A stretch of 64,000 nt of DNA from Owenweeksia hongkongensis DSM 17368 (GTDB taxonomy: Bacteria > Bacteroidota > Bacteroidia > Flavobacteriales > Schleiferiaceae). Shown here piece by piece: positions 56,147 through 64,000 of the stretch (its first letter is position 1; every line of letters starts with the position of its first letter). Position numbers and translations under genes: made by a program. Where the stretch lies: positions 22,337 through 86,336 of the forward strand of contig CAMBEZ010000004.1 in the NCBI GenBank assembly GCA_945865885.1. Reading direction: 5' to 3'. The notes beneath the pieces were generated by a model that saw only the letters and a program-made list of their open reading frames with translations, was not told where the DNA came from and made no database searches.

Positions 56147-57178
56147 ATGAAACGGGAAAGGGATTATCGCAGCGTTGTTTTGGTTTTGGCTTGGCCAGAA
56201 ACCACCGCCCGCGGCGAGGAAAAGATTATTCGCTTCTTGAAGCGCCTGGGCTTGGTGCGCAACACCAACCTTCGCGTGGGGCATGCTGCGATGGCGGTGG
56301 TGCAAATCAATCGCCCGGAGGTGGAATACTATGATTTTGGCCGGTACATTACCCCGCGGCCGTTTGGGCGTGTGCGCAGTGCCGAGACGGATCCCAAGGT
56401 TTCCTTTCCGGCACTGGCCCGTTGGTCCGACGACGGTGTCCTCTTAAATCCAGACGAACTGGGCGTTGCCCTGGAAGCCCGTGGTGCAGATACCCACGGC
56501 GACGGACCGCTGTTGCTGTCCGTTTGCCGCGGTGTAGATTATGCGGAAATCATAGATTTTTGCAAAGGATTGCAAGAAGAAGGGTACCAACGCTACGGGG
56601 GATTGAGCCGCAACCACACCAATTGTTCCCGCTTCGTCTCCGACGCTATTCGAGCCTCTTTGCCCAGAAACCACAAGGTTCGTGGTAAACTGCGTTGGCC
56701 CATCAGCTACAAGCCGGCTCCGGCGCACAATGTTTCTGCCGCCGCTACCGAAGGGGTTTGTTTTCAAATTTTCGAAGGGGTTGTTCAAACGTACAAACCC
56801 AATCGACTGAAAGCCTTGATCAGTTTGGCAAGCGGGCTTTTGAAGGCCATGTCCAAAAAGCATGCTGGCGCCTTGCGCAACGATTCCATTTTGGGACATG
56901 TTCTAGAACCTCAGCGACCCGCGTCCGTACCTTCCGATGCGCAGTGGTTGGGTGGCTTGGGCGAAGGTGCTTGGCACGCCCTAGAACCGGTCCCCCAGGG
57001 ACTCCGCATGCAACGCATTGATTCTAAAGGAGCCCACGAGTTTGAGGGATTGTATGCATGCCCCAAGGGAGTGCGGTCGTTTGAACACCCCATTCGCTTG
57101 GTCCACGATTCCCACCACGTCTGGATCACCGTTTTTCACGCTGGAAAAGTGCACCGATTGCGGCGCATTCCGTCGTAA
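56147..57178 (+). CDS. Hypothetical protein with an N-terminal PPPDE/DeSI-like permuted-papain signature
   Basis: VGHAAMAVV...EYYDFGRY...YQRYGGLSRNHTNCSRFVSDAI gives a His...Cys order with the NC motif. The C-terminal 150 aa or so has no recognisable motif. ATG at 56147. Confidence 0.65.
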   Translation: MKRERDYRSVVLVLAWPETTARGEEKIIRFLKRLGLVRNTNLRVGHAAMAVVQINRPEVEYYDFGRYITPRPFGRVRSAETDPKVSFPALARWSDDGVLLNPDELGVALEARGADTHGDGPLLLSVCRGVDYAEIIDFCKGLQEEGYQRYGGLSRNHTNCSRFVSDAIRASLPRNHKVRGKLRWPISYKPAPAHNVSAAATEGVCFQIFEGVVQTYKPNRLKALISLASGLLKAMSKKHAGALRNDSILGHVLEPQRPASVPSDAQWLGGLGEGAWHALEPVPQGLRMQRIDSKGAHEFEGLYACPKGVRSFEHPIRLVHDSHHVWITVFHAGKVHRLRRIPS

Positions 57179-57200
57179 TTTTGCACCCTAATCTACGCCC

Positions 57201-58610
57201 ATGAACCAGTATCCCAGACCCGCACGTTCCCTGCAAGAGGTTCTGGTGTCCGGATGCGATGAACGCATTTTCACGCATTCGGAAACAGGCAGAAATAAGT
57301 ATTTTCTCAATCCTGGGCAGAGCGAAGGTTTGTTTCAACGAGGAAGTTGCACCTGCGGAACCCTCACGGCCAGCGGTCTGAATTCAGCGAATGCATTTCT
57401 TTCGTCGTATCCGCGCCGCTTGTACGAATCTTTGTTGGCGGAGCAAGCCGGTCGGATACGGTCCCTTTTTTCTCCAGAGGACGAATTTGACGTGTTTTTT
57501 GGTCCCAGCGGAAGCGACATGATGTACTTGCCGTTGCTCTTTCAGGCGCTGCTGCAGCCCAACAAGCCCATCGTGAACATTGTTTCGTGCCCCGAAGAAT
57601 TGGGTTCCGGATCCAAATTGGCTGCAGAAGCCAAGTACTACGCGGAATTCAATCAATTTGGCGAACGCGTTCCCAAGGACGAACTCCTGCACCCCCACCT
57701 CACGGCACGGGTAGACTACCTCGCGGCTCGGGGGGACGACGGCCGGATCGTGGACCGGAAAGAGGTCATCAAAGGCATCGTTGCGCAAAATCCCAACGCG
57801 GCCCTCATCGGCAACCTCGTTTTTGGATCCAAGTCCGGGATTGTAGATGATTTGAACATCGTGGACGAAGTAGATGCAGACGTCATGTGGGTGGTGGACA
57901 TGTGCCAATTCCGAACGGACAACGCGCTGGTTCACAATCTGTTGAAAAAGGGGGTCATGGTCATGATCACCGGTTCCAAGTTTTTCCAGGCTCCGCCGTT
58001 TTGCGGTGCGTTGCTGGTTCCGCGTTCGTGGACGGAAAAACTGCGTCAAGTAGCTGATTTCACCCCCGTTTCTTATTTCCACCGACTGTTTTCGTCCTAC
58101 GATTTCCCCGCAAATTTGCCCGCCATGCGCGCCCAATTGAAACCGCGCGAGAACGACGGCCTTCGCTTGCGTTGGCACGTTGCCCTGGACGAAATGGAGG
58201 CGTACGCCCAGTGGCCCGCGGAAGAATCCAACGCCCTAATACGTTCTTGGAACTTGGCCATCAGCGAAAGGCTTCAATCCTCACCGTATTTTGAACTGAT
58301 GCCGGATCAGTCCCTCACCAACGACAGCATCTTGTCCTTTCGGGTCAAAGTGTCGGGTGGGTACTTGGACAACGCGCAATTGAAAACCCTGTTCTCCGAA
58401 TTGGTCAATGCGCAAGTGACCGGATTGGAAGGTTACACCAACGTATTCATTGGCCAGCCCGTTCAATACGGCGAGCGATCGTTCATCCGCCTGGCCATTG
58501 GTTCCTACAATGTGCGCAAACAATTGGAAAAAGAAAAGCTCGATTTGACCAACGATTACCGTTTGGTTGAGCTGTTGGAGGAATTCACCCAAAAGCTTTT
58601 TGGCGCATGA
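57201..58610 (+). CDS. Fold-type I PLP-dependent enzyme, atypical (function unknown)
   Basis: FGPSGSDMMY, VVDMCQFR, and a putative Schiff-base lysine in ITGSKFFQAPPFCGALLVP. 469 aa. Confidence 0.65.
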   Translation: MNQYPRPARSLQEVLVSGCDERIFTHSETGRNKYFLNPGQSEGLFQRGSCTCGTLTASGLNSANAFLSSYPRRLYESLLAEQAGRIRSLFSPEDEFDVFFGPSGSDMMYLPLLFQALLQPNKPIVNIVSCPEELGSGSKLAAEAKYYAEFNQFGERVPKDELLHPHLTARVDYLAARGDDGRIVDRKEVIKGIVAQNPNAALIGNLVFGSKSGIVDDLNIVDEVDADVMWVVDMCQFRTDNALVHNLLKKGVMVMITGSKFFQAPPFCGALLVPRSWTEKLRQVADFTPVSYFHRLFSSYDFPANLPAMRAQLKPRENDGLRLRWHVALDEMEAYAQWPAEESNALIRSWNLAISERLQSSPYFELMPDQSLTNDSILSFRVKVSGGYLDNAQLKTLFSELVNAQVTGLEGYTNVFIGQPVQYGERSFIRLAIGSYNVRKQLEKEKLDLTNDYRLVELLEEFTQKLFGA

Positions 58611-59839
58611 AGACCGAGGGGCAAAGCACCGCTAAAGCCCTGCAACAGGCCTGGCAAACGGGATTATTGGACCGCACAAACGACACCGCTGCACTTTTTG
58701 TGGATTGGGACGTGTTGGACCATCGCTTGAATTTTTTGCGGGAAGAATGGCCCCAATTGGAGCACGCGGTGGCCATAAAGTCCCAACCTCATGCGGGCGT
58801 ATTGCGCTATTTGGTCCAACAGGGCTTTGGCTTGGAAGCAGCCTCCTTGGAAGAAGTAAAGCGTGGACTGGAGGCCGGATGTGCGCCCCACAAAATCGTT
58901 TTTGATTCGCCCGTGAAAACGCGGGAAGAATTGAACTGGTTGCAGCAAAATACTCCCGGTTTGTTGGTGAACGCCAATGCCTTGGAAGAATTGCCGCGAC
59001 ATCCTCAAAAACCCAACTACCGCTTGGGGCTGCGCATCAATCCAGAAGTGCACACCGGATCTCCGGCTTTGTTCCACGTCAGTTCCAATGCCTCCAAATT
59101 TGGCATTTCCTTAACGCAACGCGCGCAAATTTTAGACGCCTTGCGTACGTATCCGATTTCCGGGCTGCACCTCCACAGCGGTTCCCAAATTACCGATTTA
59201 CCCGCACAAATAAAGGCCATCCGCTTGGTTTTGGAATTGGCACAAGAAGCCAACGCAGAACGCCAGCAATTGGGATTGGCGCTTTTGGACTGGATCGATA
59301 TTGGCGGTGGTTTGCCGGCGTCTCCTTGGGACGGTATGCGCCGCTATGCCGACGAATTTTTCCAGAACACCACCCCAGTGGAACGGGCTCAGTTTGCATG
59401 GCATACGGAATTTGGGCAGTGGGTCCATGCCCACGCCGGCTGGACCGTCAGTCGATTGGAATACGTATTGCCCCGCACGGATGCTGCTTCCGTAGCTTAC
59501 CTACACGTGGGAGCGGACTTGTTCCTCCGCGATGCCTACACCGCACCCCGTCCATTCCCTTTGGTGCCATTGAATGCCGACGGCACGCCCAATGCCAACA
59601 CCCAATTGCAGCCCTACGACATAGCCGGACCCCTTTGTTTTGCGGGCGACTACGTAGCGCGCAAGGCACAACTTCCGGAACTCCACGAAGGCGATTGGTT
59701 GGTGCTTCTGGAAACCGGTGCGAACGCCTACGGTTTGTGGTCTCGCCACTGCAGCAGAACCATTCCCGCCGTCCTAGGGCACCGGCCTTCCACCGGCGAG
59801 GTGCAAAAGCTGAGCGACCGGACGGACGTCAATTTCTAA
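58607..59839 (+). CDS. Fold-type III PLP-dependent decarboxylase (Orn/DAP/Arg decarboxylase family), divergent
   Basis: AIKSQ (PLP lysine), GLHLHSGSQ, IDIGGGLP, GPLCFAGD, ETGANAYG. ATGA overlap with the upstream gene. Confidence 0.8.
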   Translation: MKTEGQSTAKALQQAWQTGLLDRTNDTAALFVDWDVLDHRLNFLREEWPQLEHAVAIKSQPHAGVLRYLVQQGFGLEAASLEEVKRGLEAGCAPHKIVFDSPVKTREELNWLQQNTPGLLVNANALEELPRHPQKPNYRLGLRINPEVHTGSPALFHVSSNASKFGISLTQRAQILDALRTYPISGLHLHSGSQITDLPAQIKAIRLVLELAQEANAERQQLGLALLDWIDIGGGLPASPWDGMRRYADEFFQNTTPVERAQFAWHTEFGQWVHAHAGWTVSRLEYVLPRTDAASVAYLHVGADLFLRDAYTAPRPFPLVPLNADGTPNANTQLQPYDIAGPLCFAGDYVARKAQLPELHEGDWLVLLETGANAYGLWSRHCSRTIPAVLGHRPSTGEVQKLSDRTDVNF

Positions 59840-59863
59840 GGAAGTGCGGTGCACCGCAGCGAA

Positions 59864-60955
59864 TTAGCGGAGAATTTCCACGCGTTTTTGGTCCGGGGAT
59901 GCTGCGCGCACGGTCCCTATTTTCACCCACAGCTGGTTCGCTTCCCGGGCGGCTTGTACCACGGCGTCCTCCGCTTCGGGAGCAACGGCAGCCAACAATC
60001 CGCCACTGGTTTGCGGATCAAAGAGGAGCATCAACTCCGGCCCGGACAGGGTGGGGAAGTCGGCAGCGTTTGCGGTGAAATTGCGCGTGGTGTTCTGCGG
60101 CATGCAAAAAGCAGCAGCCAAGGCCGTCAACCGTTCCGCCGGTAACGTGGGCAAAGAAGACCAGTCCAATTCCGCACGGGTTCCGTCGCTGGCGTTCAGC
60201 ATTTCCAGCAAGTGACCGCCCAAACCAAAACCGGTGACGTCCGTGAGGGCGTGTACCCCCGGAAAGGTGCCCAATACCGCTCCAAATTGATTCGAGGTCT
60301 GTGCCGTACGCAGCAGCCACTGAAGATCTTCCGGCGTTGACAGGCCTTTTTTGATGGCAGAGGCCACCATGCCCGTTCCCAAAGGCTTGGTGAGGTACAG
60401 GGAGTCGCCCGGCAAGGCGCCGCCGTTTCTTTTTAAGTTCTTTAAATCCACCAAACCGGTAACGGCCAAGCCAAATAGGGGCTCTGGATTGTCCACGCTG
60501 TGCCCACCCCCCAACGCAATTCCCGCCTCCGTGCAAACGTCCCGGCCACCGCGCAGCACCTCCGCCGCAAGGGCCGTGGGAAGTGCGTCCACCGGCCAGC
60601 CCAAAACGGCCAAGGCCACGAGCGGTTTTCCGCCCATGGCGTACACGTCGGAAAGGGCATTGGTTGCTGCGATTCGGCCAAATTGATAGGCGTCGTCCAC
60701 CAGCGGGCCAAAGAAATCCGTGGTGCACACCAGGCCGGTGCCGTTGCCCAGGTCTACTACCGCAGCGTCGTCTGCCTCACCGTGCCCCACCAGGAGGGAT
60801 TGGGAGGCGCGCTTCAGGTCTTCGGTGTTGTTGGAAAACGACGCACCCAACACACTTTTCAGGGCGGCGGGAGCCATTTTGCAGCCGCACCCAGAGCCCT
60901 TGCTGTACTGGGTCAGTCGGATGGATTCGGATTCTTGCGTCTGGATAGGATTCAC
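59864..60955 (-). CDS. selD: Selenide, water dikinase (selenophosphate synthetase), Cys-type
   Basis: N-terminal SKGSGCGCK active-site loop. AIR-synthase-like fold motifs (DDAAVV, TTDFF, GGHS). Confidence 0.9.
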   Translation of the reverse strand: MNPIQTQESESIRLTQYSKGSGCGCKMAPAALKSVLGASFSNNTEDLKRASQSLLVGHGEADDAAVVDLGNGTGLVCTTDFFGPLVDDAYQFGRIAATNALSDVYAMGGKPLVALAVLGWPVDALPTALAAEVLRGGRDVCTEAGIALGGGHSVDNPEPLFGLAVTGLVDLKNLKRNGGALPGDSLYLTKPLGTGMVASAIKKGLSTPEDLQWLLRTAQTSNQFGAVLGTFPGVHALTDVTGFGLGGHLLEMLNASDGTRAELDWSSLPTLPAERLTALAAAFCMPQNTTRNFTANAADFPTLSGPELMLLFDPQTSGGLLAAVAPEAEDAVVQAAREANQLWVKIGTVRAASPDQKRVEILR

Positions 60956-60977
60956 GGTGGAATTTGCTGGGGTGGGG

Positions 60978-61958
60978 TTAAAATGCGGTCACGGCCTCCA
61001 ACAAGGCCGATTGAGCTTGATCCGGCAAAAGTCCGGTCAAATCCAATCGATGCTGCACGGTGGTTTCCGTTCGCGCCATGCTATGGGCGTAGGTTTTGTC
61101 GTAGTAGCGCAGTGCCAAAGCTGCTGCCTCAGCCAGTTGCCCTTCGTCAATTTTTTGGTGGGCTACGGGCACCCACTGGCCGCCAATTTTGCGCGCCAAC
61201 CTCGTAAACGAGTTTTTCAATTGATCGGCGGGCGCTTCTCCGTAAATGCGGGCCAACAACTGTGCCCGTTCTTCGGCAGATCGAACCAATTCCAAACGCG
61301 GTGCATTTTGAAGCAATTTGAAAAAATTGGGCTGCAGCCAAACGCGTCCAATGGACTGGGATTCGTCCTCTACCCAAATGGGGCGGATGGGATCCAGGGT
61401 TGCCAATTCAGCAGCCAGGTAATTCTCAAACTGTTCGCTGGTGGGTTGAGCCCCCAAACCAACGTGTCCAAAGGCGGAGCCGCGGTGGTTGGCCAAACGT
61501 TCCAAATCCAATACCTGCAGTCCAGCGTCGGAAATTGTTGCCAAGGCCTCCGTTTTTCCAACGCCGGTGTGTCCCGTTAGAACACGGTAGGGGCGGGGTA
61601 GGCCTAGTTCTGCCAAGACCCGATTGCGGTAGACTTTGTAGCCACCCTTCCAACGGTTTACCCGATAGCCGGCGGTGCCCAGAAGCCAAGCCACGGAGCC
61701 GCTGCGCATGCCGCCGCGCCAGCAGTAAATACTTACTTCGCGCGTTCCGCCGCAAAGCTCATCCACAAATGCCACCAGCGAATGCATTTTGGGCCCAACA
61801 AAGGACAACCCCAAACGCACGGCAGCATCTTGGCCTTGTTCGGCATAGCACAACCCCACCGCGTGGCGTTCGGCATCGTCAAACAAAGGAAGGGATACCG
61901 CCTCGGGGACATGGCCCTGTTGGAATTCCGACGGAGAACGGACGTCGATCAAAAGCAT
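60978..61958 (-). CDS. selU: tRNA 2-selenouridine synthase
   Basis: Rhodanese domain with IYCWRGGMRS, and P-loop GHTGVGKTE. The N-terminus is bounded by an in-frame stop 15 nt upstream of the ATG. Confidence 0.85.
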   Translation of the reverse strand: MLLIDVRSPSEFQQGHVPEAVSLPLFDDAERHAVGLCYAEQGQDAAVRLGLSFVGPKMHSLVAFVDELCGGTREVSIYCWRGGMRSGSVAWLLGTAGYRVNRWKGGYKVYRNRVLAELGLPRPYRVLTGHTGVGKTEALATISDAGLQVLDLERLANHRGSAFGHVGLGAQPTSEQFENYLAAELATLDPIRPIWVEDESQSIGRVWLQPNFFKLLQNAPRLELVRSAEERAQLLARIYGEAPADQLKNSFTRLARKIGGQWVPVAHQKIDEGQLAEAAALALRYYDKTYAHSMARTETTVQHRLDLTGLLPDQAQSALLEAVTAF

Positions 61959-61986
61959 GCCCGAAGGTAGTACCTATATTTGCCTT

Positions 61987-62487
61987 ATGGAAATGCACTT
62001 TAACACCCTCCGGAATGTGGCTCGTTGGGCCGGCCTCTGCACGGTGGCCTCCTTTTTGCTGGTGGGGTGCATTCCGCAGCAGCACCTTTTGTCAGATCAG
62101 GCCCGTGCGCTTCGTTGGGAGCAAGATAGCCTTAATCTGGTTTCCCGCATTGTGGTGGGGTCCAGTGAATTAGGGCTGCTGAAGAACGGCCTGGAACAAT
62201 TGGATTCGACGGTTCATGCCTTGTCTAAAGAGCGGGATTCATTACTTATTGTGGTGCAGGATCAGTCTCGAAGGGCGGATACTTTGGCGGGTTTGGTGCA
62301 GCGCGAATCCGTTTTGCGGGATTTGCTTCGCATGGATTTAGTTGCCGCTCAGCAAGCCGAGCAGCTCCTTCAAAAGCGCACCGATTCCCTAAAAATAGAG
62401 GTTCAGTTTTTAACCGAAAAATGGAATGCCCGCCCGGCGCGCCCAGCACAACCGCGTCCTGCGGGAAGTGTTCGTCCGCCTCGGTAA
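61987..62487 (+). CDS. Coiled-coil lipoprotein, hypothetical
   Basis: Lipobox FLLVGC, heptad-like Leu/Gln/Arg-rich body, and a Pro/Arg-rich tail. Confidence 0.55.
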   Translation: MEMHFNTLRNVARWAGLCTVASFLLVGCIPQQHLLSDQARALRWEQDSLNLVSRIVVGSSELGLLKNGLEQLDSTVHALSKERDSLLIVVQDQSRRADTLAGLVQRESVLRDLLRMDLVAAQQAEQLLQKRTDSLKIEVQFLTEKWNARPARPAQPRPAGSVRPPR

Positions 62488-62562
62488 AGCATTGGTCTGC
62501 CGAGAGCAGGTTCACTTAAGGTTTGGCACCAAACAATCAGCGCACCTCAATCCACTCCAGCG

Positions 62563-63357
62563 TCATATGGGCAAAGACACCACGGACTTGATGAGTCGCA
62601 GCCGATGCGTGTGTTTCCGGAGTTCAAAATTGTAAATCCCATGCTGATCAATGCCGTCCAGCCGAACCTGGCCAGAACAATGAATGATTTGATCTGGACG
62701 CACCAAAATGCCCACATGGGTAATGCGCCCCTCGTCGTTGTCAAAAAAGGCCAAGTCGCCCGGTAGGGACTCCTCCAAAAAGCTGAGGGTTTCTCCTTGA
62801 GTTGCTTGCTGGGACGCATCCCGCAACAAGGAAACACCCGCCAATCGGTACACCATCTGGGTAAAACCGCTGCAGTCCAAACCAAAAAGCGAACGGCCGC
62901 CCCACTGGTAAGGTGCGTTTAAGAATAGATACGCTTGCAGCAACAATTCCTCGCGGGACCGGGCGGGTTCCGCCAACCGACCGTTGAAAAAATACGTTTG
63001 GGTTCCCAAGGTGACCCGTCCGCTGGCTGCGTCGTATCCCGGCAAATAGCTTCCGGCCAACAAAACGCGCGCCTTGGTGGCACGCGATTCGTGTTCCAGC
63101 AGCTCAACCGTATCGCCTACCATCCCGGGCTGTGCGCTGCAGTATACTTGGTATGCATCCTCTTCCAAAGGAAGCAGTTGCACGCGCAACAACCAGCCTT
63201 CGTAACCGTCGTGCGCCAACCGAATGCGTACCCATTCATCCTGCTCGTCCACCACCGAGCACGCCTCGCCAAAGAGCATCTGATTCACCATTTCCGAACG
63301 GTGACTCGGTTCGCTTCGCATGGGAACAGCGCTCAAAGGACACAAGCCAAACTTCAT
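62563..63357 (-). CDS. NlpC/P60 (C40) peptidase with N-terminal SH3b-like domains
   Basis: YQWGGRSLFGLDCSGFTQMVY (catalytic Cys) and HVGILV (His). N-terminal SH3-like VPMRSEPSHRSEMVNQMLFGE. Confidence 0.85.
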   Translation of the reverse strand: MKFGLCPLSAVPMRSEPSHRSEMVNQMLFGEACSVVDEQDEWVRIRLAHDGYEGWLLRVQLLPLEEDAYQVYCSAQPGMVGDTVELLEHESRATKARVLLAGSYLPGYDAASGRVTLGTQTYFFNGRLAEPARSREELLLQAYLFLNAPYQWGGRSLFGLDCSGFTQMVYRLAGVSLLRDASQQATQGETLSFLEESLPGDLAFFDNDEGRITHVGILVRPDQIIHCSGQVRLDGIDQHGIYNFELRKHTHRLRLIKSVVSLPI

Positions 63358-63390
63358 GCAGTGGATTGGGTTAGTAGACGTGGGACTAAA

Positions 63391-64000
63391 TTACGCCATC
63401 CGTTCCAGAACCAGCGCAGAAGCGCCGCCACCGCCGTTGCAAATGCCTGCCGCACCGTAGCGCGCTCCTTTTTGCTCCAAAACGTTGATTAAAGTTACCA
63501 AAATACGTGCTCCACTGGCTCCCAGGGGGTGCCCCAAAGAAACAGCTCCACCGTTGACGTTGCAGCGATCTGCGGCAATGCCCATGAGGTCTCGGTTCAC
63601 CAAACCCACCACGGAAAATGCTTCGTTGAGTTCGTAGTATTCAATGTCTGCCATGCTCAATCCAGCCTTTGCTACGGCCTTGGGCACCGCCACCGCAGGA
63701 GCAGTGGTAAACCACTCAGGCTCGTGTGCAGCATCGGCATAGCCGCGAATTACGGCCAATGGTTTAATACCCAATTCAGTGGCCTTTTCTCGGCTCATCA
63801 ACACCAGGGCTGCCGCCCCGTCGTTGAGCGTGGAAGCATTCGCAGCCGTCACGGTTCCGTCCTTTTGGAACACCGGTCGCAGACCTGGGATTTTTGAAAA
63901 GTCCACCTGCGTGTATTCCTCGTCGCGGTCCACTACCACTTCGTTTCCTTTGCGGTCTTTCACCACCACCGGAACCACTTCCGAGGCAAATCGACCACCG
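63391..64000 (-). CDS. Acetyl-CoA C-acyltransferase (thiolase), C-terminal part; the gene continues past the window end
   Basis: NEAFS, NVNGGAVSLGHPLGASGARI and GICNGGGGASALVLE are canonical thiolase C-terminal motifs. The frame stays open to nt 64000. Confidence 0.9.
   Translation of the reverse strand, partial: GGRFASEVVPVVVKDRKGNEVVVDRDEEYTQVDFSKIPGLRPVFQKDGTVTAANASTLNDGAAALVLMSREKATELGIKPLAVIRGYADAAHEPEWFTTAPAVAVPKAVAKAGLSMADIEYYELNEAFSVVGLVNRDLMGIAADRCNVNGGAVSLGHPLGASGARILVTLINVLEQKGARYGAAGICNGGGGASALVLERMA

Noticed and set aside
59864-60955. Selenocysteine (in-frame TGA) recoding in selD or neighbouring genes.
   Set aside because: The SelD active-site loop reads GSGCGCK with Cys. The frame is uninterrupted, and no selA/selB or SECIS-like context was seen in the window.
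1-64000. Prophage, transposon, integron, toxin-antitoxin or known defence system (RM, CRISPR-Cas, CBASS, retron, Abi).
   Set aside because: I recognised no integrase other than XerD, and no transposase, capsid or terminase, methyltransferase/endonuclease pair, reverse transcriptase or cyclase motifs in any supported ORF.

Overview
This is a 64-kb, densely coding window from a high-GC chromosome. Spot counts give about 60-65% GC in cytoplasmic genes and 45-57% in outer-membrane or secreted genes. The gene content points to Bacteroidota: T9SS C-terminal sorting domains, GWxTD, DUF4199 and DUF4249 proteins, TonB-dependent receptors, and amidase/LptD-like synteny. I ran no searches, so every family call rests on motifs read by eye from the supplied translations.

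Most of the window is core housekeeping:
- ilvE, lpdA, ridA
- the thrS-infC-rpmI-rplT operon
- a near-complete, translationally coupled menaquinone operon (thioesterase-menF-menD-menB-menA plus a fused menC/menE)
- fsa, aroQ, xerD
- envelope genes: amidase, MlaD, an LptD-like protein, and three GT2 genes
- one tRNA-Ser(TGA)
- two TonB-dependent receptors
- a sulfur module (MBL-rhodanese and TauE)
- the selenouridine pair selD-selU

I saw no CRISPR array, transposase, phage gene or recognisable defence gene.

The observations most worth a second look are:
1. An uncharacterised three-gene operon at 56147-59839, convergent on selD-selU. It encodes a PPPDE-like thiol hydrolase, an atypical fold-type-I PLP enzyme and a divergent fold-type-III PLP decarboxylase.
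2. A 61-nt duplication (59/61 identical) of the tRNA-Ser 3' end plus its terminator, 194 bp downstream. A perfect 17-bp inverted repeat lies between the copies, and a 2116-aa T9SS cargo gene follows immediately.
3. In-frame fusions MenC-MenE and MnmD-Nudix.
4. infC, which must start at a non-canonical codon.
5. A dense cluster of GGTGA/TCACC palindromes upstream of the tauE-persulfide dioxygenase genes.

Many long antisense ORFs in the track are high-GC shadow ORFs, and I rejected them.
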